Assembly (NCBI GenBank): GCA_036269115.1
Contig: DATAST010000063.1
Coordinates: 19,674 to 83,673, forward strand
Source: Verrucomicrobiia bacterium
GTDB lineage: Bacteria > Verrucomicrobiota > Verrucomicrobiia > Limisphaerales > UBA11358
Length of the DNA: 64,000 nt
Reading direction: 5' to 3'
Within the stretch, counting starts at the first letter, position 1. Every line of letters starts with the position of its first letter. The position numbers were made by a program, and so were the translations under genes. The notes beneath the pieces were generated by a model, which was not told the DNA's origin, searched no databases, and was given only the letters and a program-made list of their open reading frames with translations. Shown here one piece after another: positions 8,653-18,916 of this stretch.

Positions 8653-9705
8653 ATGCCAGCCACCGTTGAACCCACGGAAGCCCCGGCCGAAGCCGGAGCG
8701 TTGAACAAAACTCAAAAGCTCGCCGCGTTGCTGGTCATGCTCGGGTCCGATAGCGCAGCTGTGATACTTAAGCAGTTCCAGCCCCGTGAAATCGAAGCGG
8801 TCTCCCGCGAAATGACACGCTTCAATTTGATTACGCGTGGCCAACAGCAGGAAATTCTCATGGAATTTTCAGATGTCGCCGTGGCGGCCAGCACGTCGGT
8901 TTCGGCCGGCGTGGAAGTAACGCGCAATACGCTCGAAAAAGCGCTGGGCAGTTTCAAAGCAAGCGATGTTTTGGGCCGCATCACGTCCATTCGCGCGCCA
9001 GTTGGGGCGATGCAGGGCATTGCCGAAATGGATCCGCGTCACATTTTTAACCTGTTAAGGGACGAAAGAGCGCAGGCGATTACCTTTATCATCAGCCATC
9101 TCTCCCCTGAAAAAGCCGCCCAGGTCTTGAATCTATTGCGGCCTGAACAGCGCGAGCAGGTCATTGAACGGCTGGCGACCCTTGCGCCGACGCCGGTTGA
9201 AGTTGGTGAAAAAGTGGTCGCCGTGCTGAATGCCAAGCTGGGCGTCAAACAAACGCGCGCATTGGAACAAACCGGCGGCATCACGAGCGTGGCCGATTTG
9301 CTGAATGCGATGGACAAGACGGTGAGCAAATCGTTGCTGACGAACATCGAAGGACGTAACCCGGATTTGTCTCAGGCCATCCGCAAGAAGATGTTTACCT
9401 TCGAAGACCTGCTCTCATTGGATCCTCCGTATATCCAACGCATCATGCGCGAAATTGATACGCGCGACCTGACGGTTGCCCTCAAGAAAGCCACCGAACC
9501 GCTCAAGCGGCTGCTCCTGTCCAACATTTCGCGCCGCGCCGCCGCGTCAGTGCAGGAAGAAATGGCGTTTTTGGGCCACGTCAAAGCCCGCGATATCGAG
9601 GCAGCCCAATTCCGGATCATTGATATTGTCCGCAAATTGGAGGCCGAAGGGGAGATTGAGATAGACGCATCAAAATCTGCCGAGTCCGAGTATGAAATGG
9701 TCTAA
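8653..9705 (+). CDS. fliG: Motor switch protein FliG
   Basis: QKLAALLVMLG, GGITSVADLLN, MFTFEDL and EAAQFRII motifs. Confidence 0.97.
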   Translation: MPATVEPTEAPAEAGALNKTQKLAALLVMLGSDSAAVILKQFQPREIEAVSREMTRFNLITRGQQQEILMEFSDVAVAASTSVSAGVEVTRNTLEKALGSFKASDVLGRITSIRAPVGAMQGIAEMDPRHIFNLLRDERAQAITFIISHLSPEKAAQVLNLLRPEQREQVIERLATLAPTPVEVGEKVVAVLNAKLGVKQTRALEQTGGITSVADLLNAMDKTVSKSLLTNIEGRNPDLSQAIRKKMFTFEDLLSLDPPYIQRIMREIDTRDLTVALKKATEPLKRLLLSNISRRAAASVQEEMAFLGHVKARDIEAAQFRIIDIVRKLEAEGEIEIDASKSAESEYEMV

Positions 9706-10276
9706 AACCGTCACGTTCCAGCAACCCGTCGCCGACGTGCGCCTGGTGGCCAGGGTTCCGGCTGTCGAGGCGCCGGACCCGGGGCGCGAGCGTGAGAAGG
9801 CCGCTTATGAGCAAGGCCGACGTGATGCGGAGCAGCATTTGGAGCAGCAACTTTTGCAGCATCGCAATGAGATCGTGGAGTTGCAGAACGGCGTTGTTCA
9901 TTCGATGTGCGAACTGCTGCCCAAGATGAGGCATGAGATGGAATCGGCCCTGATTCAGCTTTCCCTGGAATCGGCGCAAAAAATTGTCGGCGGCCTGCCG
10001 ATTAACGCAAAGATAGTCGAAAAAGTTGTGCGCGAAGCGCTTGACCAGGTCCAGGACACGGCAGAAGTTGCCGTTCAACTTCATCCCGACGATTTCGCGC
10101 TGTTGCGAAAGCACAAGTCGCCGTTGCTGAAGGATTCTTCGGAAACCGGTCCGATTCGCTTTGTCGCCTCGGCTGAAGTCGGTCGTGGAGGGTGCATCGT
10201 GCAGACGCGATTTGGGCTCGTGGACGCATCGCGCGAGACCAAGATTGAGCAACTTCGGAAGGCGGTGAATTTATGA
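9692..10276 (+). CDS. fliH: Flagellar export ATPase regulator FliH
   Basis: AYEQG, LHPDD and GGCIVQTRFGLVDA motifs; lies between fliG and fliI. Confidence 0.92.
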   Translation: MKWSKTVTFQQPVADVRLVARVPAVEAPDPGREREKAAYEQGRRDAEQHLEQQLLQHRNEIVELQNGVVHSMCELLPKMRHEMESALIQLSLESAQKIVGGLPINAKIVEKVVREALDQVQDTAEVAVQLHPDDFALLRKHKSPLLKDSSETGPIRFVASAEVGRGGCIVQTRFGLVDASRETKIEQLRKAVNL

Positions 10277-11652
10277 CCGCAACGACATCCACTCCGGCGA
10301 GCAATCGCCTGAGTCACGCAATTCAACGCGTTCGCGATGCTCGAGTGACTGAAACGTGCGGACGGGTGGTGCAACTCATTGGGTTGGTCGTGGAATCTGA
10401 AGGTCCGCATGCCGCTGTTGGTGAAGTTTGTCACATCCAATCCGGAAAGCACGGTGCGACAACGCTGGCAGAGGTGGTTGGATTTCGGAACCATCATTTG
10501 CTGCTCATGCCGCTGGGAGAAATCCATGGGATTCATCCTGGCAGCGAAGTCATTGCCACAGGCACGCCATTGCGCGTGGCGGTGGGGAGCGCGCTCAAAG
10601 GACGCGTGATTGACGGATTGGGCAATCCGATTGACGGCCTTGGCCGGGTCGCAGCTGAGCAAAGTGTGGGATTGAAACTAAGCCCGCCGCATCCTTTGAA
10701 GCGGCAGCGCATCACGGATGTCTTTCAAACTGGAATCAAAGCGATTGATACATTTGTGCCCTGCGGACGCGGCCAGAGGCTCGGTATTTTTTCCGGCAGC
10801 GGTGTCGGCAAATCCACTTTATTGGGAATGATGGCCTCCCAGGCTGAGGCGGACGTCAACGTCATAGCGCTGATTGGCGAGCGCGGACGCGAGGTGCGGG
10901 AATTCCTGGAGCGGGACCTGGATGAGCGCGGCAGGAAAAAATCGGTGGTGATCGTGGCCACTTCCAATGAACCCGCCCTCAACCGGGTCAAAGGAGCCTT
11001 TCTTGCGATGGCTGTCGCGGAATATTTCCGGGACCACGGCCAGAACGTGTTATTGATGATGGACTCGGTCACGCGTTTTGCGATGGCGCAACGCGAAATC
11101 GGCCTGGCAGTAGGCGAGCCGCCAACGACGCGCGGATACACGCCGTCGGTTTTTTCGCTGCTGCCGCAATTGCTGGAGCGCGCCGGAACTAGTGAGCGCG
11201 GTTCCATCACTGGATTATTTACGGTGCTCGTGGAAGCGGATGATATGAATGACCCAATCGCGGATGCCACACGCTCTATCCTCGACGGTCACATCGTATT
11301 GACCCGTGAACTGGCGACGCAAAATCATTATCCGGCGATTGATGTTCTGGAGAGCGTCAGCCGGCTAAATCGCGACTTGTTAAATGCGGAACAACAAAAC
11401 CGGGCGGTTGTGGCCCGCGAACATCTGGCCGTCTATCGCAAAAACCAGGACTTGATCAACATCGGCGCGTATCCGGCCGGGACAAACCCGGCGATTGACC
11501 AGGCCATCCGGCTCAACGGCCCGCTGATCCGATTTTTGCGGCAGGGGGTCGCGGAAGGCTTTTCAGCCGCCCAGAGCTGGAGCCTCCTCACGACCACGCT
11601 TACTCCGGCCGCACCCGAAAAGGCACCCGCGCCAAAAACTAAATCGCAATGA
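10273..11652 (+). CDS. fliI: Flagellar export ATPase FliI
   Basis: GSGVGKST Walker A, ALIGERGREV, LLMMDSVTRFA and HYPAIDVL motifs. Confidence 0.98.
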   Translation: MTATTSTPASNRLSHAIQRVRDARVTETCGRVVQLIGLVVESEGPHAAVGEVCHIQSGKHGATTLAEVVGFRNHHLLLMPLGEIHGIHPGSEVIATGTPLRVAVGSALKGRVIDGLGNPIDGLGRVAAEQSVGLKLSPPHPLKRQRITDVFQTGIKAIDTFVPCGRGQRLGIFSGSGVGKSTLLGMMASQAEADVNVIALIGERGREVREFLERDLDERGRKKSVVIVATSNEPALNRVKGAFLAMAVAEYFRDHGQNVLLMMDSVTRFAMAQREIGLAVGEPPTTRGYTPSVFSLLPQLLERAGTSERGSITGLFTVLVEADDMNDPIADATRSILDGHIVLTRELATQNHYPAIDVLESVSRLNRDLLNAEQQNRAVVAREHLAVYRKNQDLINIGAYPAGTNPAIDQAIRLNGPLIRFLRQGVAEGFSAAQSWSLLTTTLTPAAPEKAPAPKTKSQ

Positions 11653-12128
11653 AAACATTTCGCTTTCCCCTTGAACCGTTGCGGGTCTTGCGCCGGCAAA
11701 AGGAGCGGGTTGCCCAACAACGTTACGCGCGGTTGTTGACCGCCTCCAATACGGCCGCCGTACAGTTGGAAAAGGCAACCGGCGAACTGGCCCGGGGCCG
11801 GGAGGTTTATACGCGGGAACTGAACGAGGGCGTGACCGCCGCGAGAATCATGAATTTGCGGACCTGGTGCATGGCGTTGGAAATCCACCAGCACGAGCGC
11901 AGGGCGGCATTTACGGAAGCGCGTCGAATCTCGCAAGTTGCGCTCAATGAAATGAACGGCGCGCGACGTGAACGCGAGGGATTGGATCGTTTTTATGAAA
12001 AAGCCCGGCGCGCCCACGCGCGGGAAACGTTGCGCGAAGAACAAAAGAATTTCGATGAACTGGCAGTGCAAATGGCGGGCGCAGGCCTGTTGCAGTCCAG
12101 TTTGGCTGACAATTTATCACAAGCATGA
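11649..12128 (+). CDS. fliJ: Flagellar export chaperone FliJ
   Basis: MKTFRFPLEPL start, coiled-coil character, EEQKNFDELA end; follows fliI. Confidence 0.9.
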   Translation: MKTFRFPLEPLRVLRRQKERVAQQRYARLLTASNTAAVQLEKATGELARGREVYTRELNEGVTAARIMNLRTWCMALEIHQHERRAAFTEARRISQVALNEMNGARREREGLDRFYEKARRAHARETLREEQKNFDELAVQMAGAGLLQSSLADNLSQA

Positions 12129-12718
12129 TTCGCTTTCTAAAATCCGGCTGGTTCGTCGCCTTGCTTGGGGGCGTCCTATATATGGCGACCACGATATTCG
12201 TTTTGAGTTCGTCGAAATTTGCGGGCGCGCAGTTTATCAAGCCGGATTATTCGGCCAGCGATGACCCGTCCTGGAGATTCCGGAACCCGGAATTCAATGA
12301 ATGGATTTCACAAGTCCAAAATGAGAAGGCCCGGCTGGACCTGCGCGAACAGCAAATGGACGAATGGCAAAAGCGGCTTAATACGGAGCTTCAGGAAATG
12401 TCCCTGGTTACGAAGACGGTATGGCAGCTGCAATCGAATTTCGACCGGGACGTCGTGCGCTTTAAATCGCAGGAAACCACCAATGTGAAACTGCAAGCCA
12501 AGCTGATCTCCGCCATGACGCCCGAGGGCGCGGTTTCCATGTTTGCTCAAATGCCCGACGACAACGTCGTCCGCATCTTGTTCGTCATGAAGCCGGACGA
12601 GGCGAGCGCAATCCTCGACACATTGAGCAAATCCGGCGAAGCCAGGAGAGCAGCGCTGCTGACTGAACGCCTTCACCAGGTGCTGCCAGACGCAACGCCG
12701 GCGGCTGCAACCTTCTAG
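12125..12718 (+). CDS. MotE/FlbB/YlxF-like protein (MgtE N-terminal-like domain)
   Basis: N-terminal TM helix, a coiled coil, then AMTPEGAV...LFVMKPDEASAIL. Its position between fliJ and fliK is that of Bacillus ylxF. Confidence 0.7.
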   Translation: MIRFLKSGWFVALLGGVLYMATTIFVLSSSKFAGAQFIKPDYSASDDPSWRFRNPEFNEWISQVQNEKARLDLREQQMDEWQKRLNTELQEMSLVTKTVWQLQSNFDRDVVRFKSQETTNVKLQAKLISAMTPEGAVSMFAQMPDDNVVRILFVMKPDEASAILDTLSKSGEARRAALLTERLHQVLPDATPAAATF

Positions 12719-12722
12719 AGCT

Positions 12723-14288
12723 GTGACAAATTTAAACATATTGGCGATGGCGAATTCGGGTGCGCCGCAAAACAGCGAGGCAGGGCAAGCCGACCCAGCC
12801 GCCTCCGCGGGCGGTGCCGGTGCCTTTGCGGATTTGATGGCCCAGGCATTGTCTGCCGGATCGCAGCTTCCAAAGGGGAATCCGCTTGCGGGTCAAATCG
12901 ACGTCGAGATTGGCGGCAACAACGAAACGCCGTTGCCTAAACTTCCGGCACAGCTTCCGAATCCTAACGCCGGGAAGAACCCATTGAAGGTTGTCTCTTT
13001 ACAGGAATTAGCGGGACATTCTGTTGCCCCCCTGGTGACAGGAACGAAGCCCGACGCACAGGGGAGCGTCGTAACTGTGGGCAAATCCGTGGAAAAAGGT
13101 GGCGAGAACACTAAAGGCCCAAAGGATTCACCATCGCAGCCAGGACAAGCGAGTGCGCCTCCCGGTCTTCCGGGAATTCCGACGAACCAAATTATTGCGG
13201 CGGTGCCGCTACCTAATTTTGTTCCCGTACAACCTGTAAAATTGAAACCGGACCCGGCATCGGCTGGCCCAAAATTGCCCGCCCCCGATGAAGGCCCAGC
13301 CTTAGCGGCCGCGGCAGGGCAAACGAAGAAAATTTCCGGGACGGTCCCGAACGTTTCCACTTCGCGGTCCCCGTTGAAAGAGGTTGTTTCCGCAGGCGAA
13401 CCGCCTACCGCCGCCATGTCGAGTTCAATAACTACGAAAGTTGTCGGAACGACGGAGAAAAATGAAGAACCAGCGACTCCACTCGATGCGTCAGTGAATC
13501 TCTCGCAGGTAAAATTAACTCCAGATCGCGCCGATCATCCATCGACAACTCAAATTGCTGCGGGTGAGCGGGATGCCGAATCGCCGCCTGACACTAATGG
13601 CATATCCATTGCTAAACAGGACATAACGGTGAAACACACGGAAAAAGCGAACAATATTGCCGGGCAAACTGAGAAAGTTTTGCCGGGTAACGCAAGTCTT
13701 GCGGCGCAGGCGAGCTCGCGGTTGCCGGTTTCGGTTCATCCGGAACAAGTAGCGGCGACAGCTCAAATAAGTTCGGATGCGCCGGAGGATTCAAGTGCCG
13801 CTTCGGTAATGACGGTTCAAGCAGCGCCAACGGTGTCTGCCCCCAACGCGCCGGTGGTGGAGCGCATGCAGGAGATGATGACGCTGAATGCAGTTCGATT
13901 AAGCGATTCCGGGAACAATTCGATGCAAGTGGTCATTAAACCCGACTCCGGAACGGAATTGTCTTTGGAATTGCGCCAGCATGGAGGCAGTGTTGAAGTC
14001 CAGGCAGTCCTGCAACAAGGCGATTTTCATCACTTGAACCAGCAATGGCAGGATCTTCAGCATCGCCTTGGCCTGCGCGGCATTCAGCTCGCGCCTTTGG
14101 CGGATAATGCGACCGGTTCGCACGCCGGCGCGGACGGATCCTTTCAACAAAGACAGCAAAAAACCGCTGAGGCGGTCGATAATTTTCATTTTGCCGCTGC
14201 GCCCGCAACGCCGATTGTTCCGACGATGGCGCAAGCGCCGGTCATCGAGCCGGCCCGAGCGCCGCACGGTTGGGAGACATGGGCCTAG
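12723..14288 (+). CDS. fliK: Hook-length control protein FliK
   Basis: Long Pro/Ala/Ser-rich region with a C-terminal T3S4-like segment (MQVVIKP...LELRQHGGSVEV); directly precedes flgD. Confidence 0.8.
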   Translation: MTNLNILAMANSGAPQNSEAGQADPAASAGGAGAFADLMAQALSAGSQLPKGNPLAGQIDVEIGGNNETPLPKLPAQLPNPNAGKNPLKVVSLQELAGHSVAPLVTGTKPDAQGSVVTVGKSVEKGGENTKGPKDSPSQPGQASAPPGLPGIPTNQIIAAVPLPNFVPVQPVKLKPDPASAGPKLPAPDEGPALAAAAGQTKKISGTVPNVSTSRSPLKEVVSAGEPPTAAMSSSITTKVVGTTEKNEEPATPLDASVNLSQVKLTPDRADHPSTTQIAAGERDAESPPDTNGISIAKQDITVKHTEKANNIAGQTEKVLPGNASLAAQASSRLPVSVHPEQVAATAQISSDAPEDSSAASVMTVQAAPTVSAPNAPVVERMQEMMTLNAVRLSDSGNNSMQVVIKPDSGTELSLELRQHGGSVEVQAVLQQGDFHHLNQQWQDLQHRLGLRGIQLAPLADNATGSHAGADGSFQQRQQKTAEAVDNFHFAAAPATPIVPTMAQAPVIEPARAPHGWETWA

Positions 14289-14311
14289 TATCCAATGAAA
14301 TGAAATAAATT

Positions 14312-14767
14312 ATGTCCACCACATCCGCTGTAAATACACAGTATAACAATGTTGCCAGTAACGCGACCTCAAGCGATAGCGTTTCCGGGGGGCCGCAGCA
14401 AACACTGTCGCAAAATGATTTCCTGAAGCTATTGGTGGCCCAAATGGAAAACCAGGACCCGCTGCAGCCACAGTCCGACACTCAGATGGCCGCGCAGATG
14501 GCCCAATTCACTTCGCTGACGCAGACGACGGCGATGTCGTCCTCACTTTCCGCGATGCAGGCGAACAGTTTGATTGGCGCCACGGTTGTATTGCAGGAAC
14601 CGGACTCGAATCAGACAACCAGCGGTGTGGTTCAATCCGTCGTGATGGGAGCTGAATCGTCCGATGGGACGCCTCAAGTCGTGGTGAATGGAATTTCGTA
14701 CGATTTAAGCCAGGTACTGGCCGTTACGCCGACGGTCGCCCAAACACCCACGTCATCGTCAAACTAA
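14312..14767 (+). CDS. flgD: Hook capping protein FlgD
   Basis: DFLKLLVAQMENQDPLQP and AQMAQF motifs. Confidence 0.97.
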   Translation: MSTTSAVNTQYNNVASNATSSDSVSGGPQQTLSQNDFLKLLVAQMENQDPLQPQSDTQMAAQMAQFTSLTQTTAMSSSLSAMQANSLIGATVVLQEPDSNQTTSGVVQSVVMGAESSDGTPQVVVNGISYDLSQVLAVTPTVAQTPTSSSN

Positions 14768-14789
14768 ACCATCAACCAAAAACAAAACT

Positions 14790-15611
14790 ATGCTTCTTTC
14801 AATGGATTCGGGCGTGAGCGCCCTTGATCAATTCCAGCAGGACCTGGATGTGATTGGAAACAACATCGCGAACGTGGACACGGTCGGGTTCAAGTCGGCC
14901 AACGTCGAATTCGCGGACGCGTTGAGCCAGACCATTGGTTCAAACGCAGCCGGCTCTGAACAAGTCGGGACCGGTGTCGTTACCAGTTCCATTACCAACA
15001 CGTTCACCCAGGGTTCCATCACCAACACCGGTGTGCCCAGCAATCTGGCCATCAATGGAAACGGCTTTTTTGTGGTCAAGGACCCCTCGAGCCAGGAACA
15101 GTATGTCACACGTGATGGTGATTTTTCGGTCAACTCCAGCGGCTATCTTGTAACCAGCAACGGAATGATGGTCCAGGGCATCACCCCGCCCGGCGGCACA
15201 GCCACCGGCAACATCCAGATTTCAAACGCCCTCGCGCCCGGCGGTAATACCTCCGCGGTCCAAAGCTACACGATTGGCTCCGATGGGACGGTGAATATTC
15301 TATTGGCGGACGGCACTGAATTCGCGGGCGGACAAATTACGCTGCAAAATTTCACGTCCCCAACGCAGCTCATCAGTGTGGGTAACAACCTTTACAACGG
15401 AATGGCCAACGCCGGACCATTGGCGGCGGCGGTCGCTCCCGGCAGCAATGGCCTGGGCAACCTGGTATCGGGCTCATTGGAAATGTCTAACGTGGATTTG
15501 GCCAGCCAGCTCACCGACCTCATCACCGCGCAGCGTGGATTTGAAGCAAACGCTCAAACCGTTACCACTAGTAATGAGATTCTCCAGGATCTCGTGAATT
15601 TGAAGCACTGA
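14790..15611 (+). CDS. flgE: Hook protein FlgE (short, 273 aa)
   Basis: LDVIGNNIANVDTVGFK, LAINGNGFF, YVTRDGDF, LEMSNVDLA and AQRGFEAN motifs; follows flgD. Confidence 0.93.
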   Translation: MLLSMDSGVSALDQFQQDLDVIGNNIANVDTVGFKSANVEFADALSQTIGSNAAGSEQVGTGVVTSSITNTFTQGSITNTGVPSNLAINGNGFFVVKDPSSQEQYVTRDGDFSVNSSGYLVTSNGMMVQGITPPGGTATGNIQISNALAPGGNTSAVQSYTIGSDGTVNILLADGTEFAGGQITLQNFTSPTQLISVGNNLYNGMANAGPLAAAVAPGSNGLGNLVSGSLEMSNVDLASQLTDLITAQRGFEANAQTVTTSNEILQDLVNLKH

Positions 15612-15615
15612 TTTC

Positions 15616-16167
15616 ATGCCCGAAGAAGACGTCAAAGCAGAGGAAAAGGCCGAAGAGGCGGCGCCGTCAGCTGCCGCCCCAAAGTCTGGCGGTTTTGGGT
15701 CATGGCTACCGCTCATCATTACGATCATATTGATGCCGGCCCTGGCTTTCGGAGTGGCCCAATTTGTTATTTTGCCGCAGCTCCAAAAAGGACTTGGCAT
15801 CAAGACCGAAACCCCGTCCAGCAGCAGCAGTAGTAGCGAATCCAAAAAAGAATCCCCGGGAGCCAAACAGCAAACCGTGATGATGAATAAAATGCTGGTG
15901 AATGTGGCCGGCACCATGGGCGCGCGGTATCTGCTGGTCAGCATTTCGGTGGCCGGAACGGCAACCGACTTCAAGGACAAGATGACGGAACACGACGCGC
16001 AATTGCGGGACATGGCGTGCGGAGCATTGGCGACCAAGACGCTTGCCGACCTGGAAAAGCCCGGGGCAAGGAATTTGATACGCACCGAATTGATCAACGG
16101 ATTTAACAATATCCTTGGGGATTCGATGGTGCAGGACATTTATTTCACCGAGTTTGCCATCCAATAA
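15616..16167 (+). CDS. fliL: Flagellar protein FliL
   Basis: Single TM helix, LVNVAG...RYL, and C-terminal IYFTEFAIQ. Confidence 0.93.
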   Translation: MPEEDVKAEEKAEEAAPSAAAPKSGGFGSWLPLIITIILMPALAFGVAQFVILPQLQKGLGIKTETPSSSSSSSESKKESPGAKQQTVMMNKMLVNVAGTMGARYLLVSISVAGTATDFKDKMTEHDAQLRDMACGALATKTLADLEKPGARNLIRTELINGFNNILGDSMVQDIYFTEFAIQ

Positions 16168-16169
16168 AA

Positions 16170-17120
16170 ATGAGCGATGCCGCACCACCCAGTGAAGTTT
16201 TTGTGCTGACGGCCAAAGGTGGCCGTGAACGCCGGCCGGCCGGGGACATTCGCGGACACGATTTCCGGCAGTCCGGATTTCTTGCGCCCAGCGAATTGCG
16301 TCGGATTCGGCAGCGGCATGAGCAATTTATTCGTTCGCTCGCGGCGCGGCTCGCTATTTTTCTGCGACTGGAATTCAGCCTCCAACTTTCAAAGGTCCAG
16401 ATCGGCGGGTACCAGAATTTCGTCGAGAATCTGCCGAGCCCGACTCACATCACATTATTCAAGACTGATCCGCTCAAAGGGGTGGGGCTGCTGGTGATTC
16501 CGCCGCGACTGGGTTTGACTTTGGTGGATCGTTTGCTGGGCGGCGCCGGGCAAAGCACGGAAGAACCACGTGAATTGAGTGAAATTGAAACGGCCCTGAT
16601 TGACCAGGTCGCTTCGCTGATCATTGGCGAGTGGTGCAATCACTGGCCGGAAATGCGCGGCCTGCAGCCGTCGCTCCTGGGCCATGAAAACAACAGCCGC
16701 TATTTGCAAACCGCGGCGCCGGATACTGCGATGTTGATTTTGACCATGAACGGCGGTGTTGGCGAACAGTCAGAACCGATTCAGATCGTTTTCCCGTACG
16801 CGACCGTCGAACCTCTTGTTCGGTTGCTTTCACCGTCACTGCCGGCGGCCGAGACGCCCGCGCGCGCATCGCGCCCGAAGTGGAACACACAATTCAATGA
16901 GATCAGGGTGCCCGTTGTTGCCGAATGGCAGGGCTTAAGAATGTCTGCCGGCGAAATCTTACGGCTCAAAGCAGGGGATTTGATCGCCCTGGACCCTGCT
17001 TGCGCCGCGCAAGTGCACCTGCGCTTGAACCAGGTACCCAGGTTTATCGGACGTCCCGGGACCTCCGGCGGCAAGTGGGCCGTGCAGTTGACCGCCATTA
17101 ACAACAATACTATTTCATGA
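16170..17120 (+). CDS. fliM: Motor switch protein FliM, lacking the N-terminal CheY-binding peptide
   Basis: HDFRQ, VDRLLGGAG, RELSEIE and a C-terminal SpoA domain; no LSQxEIDALL motif. Confidence 0.93.
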   Translation: MSDAAPPSEVFVLTAKGGRERRPAGDIRGHDFRQSGFLAPSELRRIRQRHEQFIRSLAARLAIFLRLEFSLQLSKVQIGGYQNFVENLPSPTHITLFKTDPLKGVGLLVIPPRLGLTLVDRLLGGAGQSTEEPRELSEIETALIDQVASLIIGEWCNHWPEMRGLQPSLLGHENNSRYLQTAAPDTAMLILTMNGGVGEQSEPIQIVFPYATVEPLVRLLSPSLPAAETPARASRPKWNTQFNEIRVPVVAEWQGLRMSAGEILRLKAGDLIALDPACAAQVHLRLNQVPRFIGRPGTSGGKWAVQLTAINNNTIS

Positions 17121-17392
17121 ACGCTACCGCCGAGAATCCGGCAAATCTGAATGTCGTCCTGGACGTGCCCGTAAGCCTGACCATCGAACTGGGCGGTTGC
17201 CAGCTGCCGATGCGGGAAATTCTGCAACTGAACATTGGTTCGGTCGTTCAGCTCGATAAACCCGCCGATGCTCCGGTCGAACTGAGTGTCAATGGAAAGC
17301 TGATCGCTCGCGGCGAAGTTGTGGTCATCGAAGACCGCTTTGGCGTCAAAATCACCGAGGTCATTGGCAGCTCAAATCCTGTGCCGGCGTAA
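17117..17392 (+). CDS. fliN: Motor switch protein FliN
   Basis: LDVPVSLTIELG and NGKLIARGEVVVIEDRFGVKITE motifs. Confidence 0.97.
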   Translation: MNATAENPANLNVVLDVPVSLTIELGGCQLPMREILQLNIGSVVQLDKPADAPVELSVNGKLIARGEVVVIEDRFGVKITEVIGSSNPVPA

Positions 17393-17866
17393 ATGAATAT
17401 TGACCGGACAAAAAATCTTTGCCGCTGGATCGGATACCTCGTAAGCCCATTTTTTCTGACGTTGACCGCTTGCGGCGGCCAAACCAATGTCGTCACCACG
17501 CCTTTCATTGCGCCGGCGCTGCCTGATGCCGGAGTTTCGCTTTTGCGTGTGGCCGGGGCCATGGTTCTGGTCATTGGGATTTTTTTGGGCGGTGTATGGA
17601 TGTTCAAAAACTGGCGGCGTCTGGCACTGCAACAGGGTCGGGGCCCGAAGTTGCAGGTGCTGGAAACGCGTCCGCTGGGCGGACGGAATGCGATCTACGT
17701 ACTGGCTTACGAACAACAGCGGTTTTTAGTTTCAGCGTCGCCTTCGGGCGTCAGTCTATTGAGTCATTTGCCTGCTGCGACCGATAATGAGGCAGCGGAT
17801 GGAGCGCCCGGGGTTTCCAGGCCGGCGTTTACGCAAGTGCTCGCGCAGGTGCTTAAAGGCAAATGA
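17393..17866 (+). CDS. fliO: Flagellar biosynthesis protein FliO/FliZ
   Basis: TM helix followed by LQVLETRPLGGRNAIYVL; lies between fliN and fliP. Confidence 0.88.
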   Translation: MNIDRTKNLCRWIGYLVSPFFLTLTACGGQTNVVTTPFIAPALPDAGVSLLRVAGAMVLVIGIFLGGVWMFKNWRRLALQQGRGPKLQVLETRPLGGRNAIYVLAYEQQRFLVSASPSGVSLLSHLPAATDNEAADGAPGVSRPAFTQVLAQVLKGK

Positions 17867-18639
17867 AAAAGCACCTCAAATTCCTTGGTTGCCTGGCGCT
17901 ATTTGTCTTTTTGACGCTGACAGCGTCAGCGCAGACAAATTCCGCGGCAACGAGCAGCGCCGCCGGTTTCGTTCCGGTTTCCATTACCCTGGGAGGCAGC
18001 AATGAGACGCCGGACGTGGACGTGAGCATCCGAATATTGTTTTTCCTGACGCTGCTCACGCTGGCGCCTTCAATTCTCCTCTTGATGACCTGTTTTACGC
18101 GCATCGTCATTGTTCTTTCGTTTGTGCGCAGCGCGTTGCAATTGCAGGGGACCCCGGCGAACCAAATCATCATCGGGCTATCCCTGTTCATGACGTATTT
18201 CATCATGGCGCCGGTTTGGGACAACATCAATCAGCAGGCAGTCGTCCCGTATCGGGCGCACCAAATTTCGAGCCAGGAAGCGTTGGACCGGGCATCGGGC
18301 CAGATGCGGACGTTTATGCTCAAACAAACGCGGCCCGCCGACGTGGAGCTTTTTGTTTCAATGGCGAAAATGCAGCCGACGTCACCGGACCAATTGCCCA
18401 TCCGGGTGGTCACTCCCGCGTTCATTGTCAGCGAACTTCGCACGGCCTTCCAAATGGGCTTTTTGATTTATGTGCCGTTCATTTTGATAGACATCGTGGT
18501 GGCCACGGTGCTGATGAGCATGGGAATGATGATGATGCCTCCCATGATGGTCTCGCTTCCTTTGAAATTGTTATTGTTTGTGCTCGTGGACGGCTGGGCG
18601 TTGGTCGTGCAATCGCTCGTCCGGAGCTTCGGAACCTGA
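17863..18639 (+). CDS. fliP: Export gate protein FliP
   Basis: MTCFTRIVIVL, PANQIIIGL, PAFIVSELRTAF and MMMPP...LPLKLLLFVLVDGW motifs. Confidence 0.98.
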   Translation: MKKHLKFLGCLALFVFLTLTASAQTNSAATSSAAGFVPVSITLGGSNETPDVDVSIRILFFLTLLTLAPSILLLMTCFTRIVIVLSFVRSALQLQGTPANQIIIGLSLFMTYFIMAPVWDNINQQAVVPYRAHQISSQEALDRASGQMRTFMLKQTRPADVELFVSMAKMQPTSPDQLPIRVVTPAFIVSELRTAFQMGFLIYVPFILIDIVVATVLMSMGMMMMPPMMVSLPLKLLLFVLVDGWALVVQSLVRSFGT

Positions 18640-18646
18640 ATTTTTT

Positions 18647-18916
18647 ATGAACCCTGAATTCGCAATCGAGTTATTGAAGAGCATGATCTACCAGGCGCTG
18701 AGCATCGCGGCGCCGATTCTGATCGCGGCGATGGTTATCGGCCTGGCGGTCAGCTTGTTTCAGGCCGTGACCACTATCCACGAGCAAACGCTGACGTTTG
18801 TTCCCAAGGCCATCGGTGTTATTGGAATTCTTCTGCTGCTCATGCCGTGGATTGTGCGTTCGTTGGTAGAATTTACCATCGGCGTCATCCAGAAAATGCC
18901 GCAAATGGCGCAGTAG
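18647..18916 (+). CDS. fliQ: Export gate protein FliQ
   Basis: VSLFQAVTTIHEQTLTFVPK motif; start taken at the internal ATG (MNPEF). Confidence 0.97.
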   Translation: MNPEFAIELLKSMIYQALSIAAPILIAAMVIGLAVSLFQAVTTIHEQTLTFVPKAIGVIGILLLLMPWIVRSLVEFTIGVIQKMPQMAQ

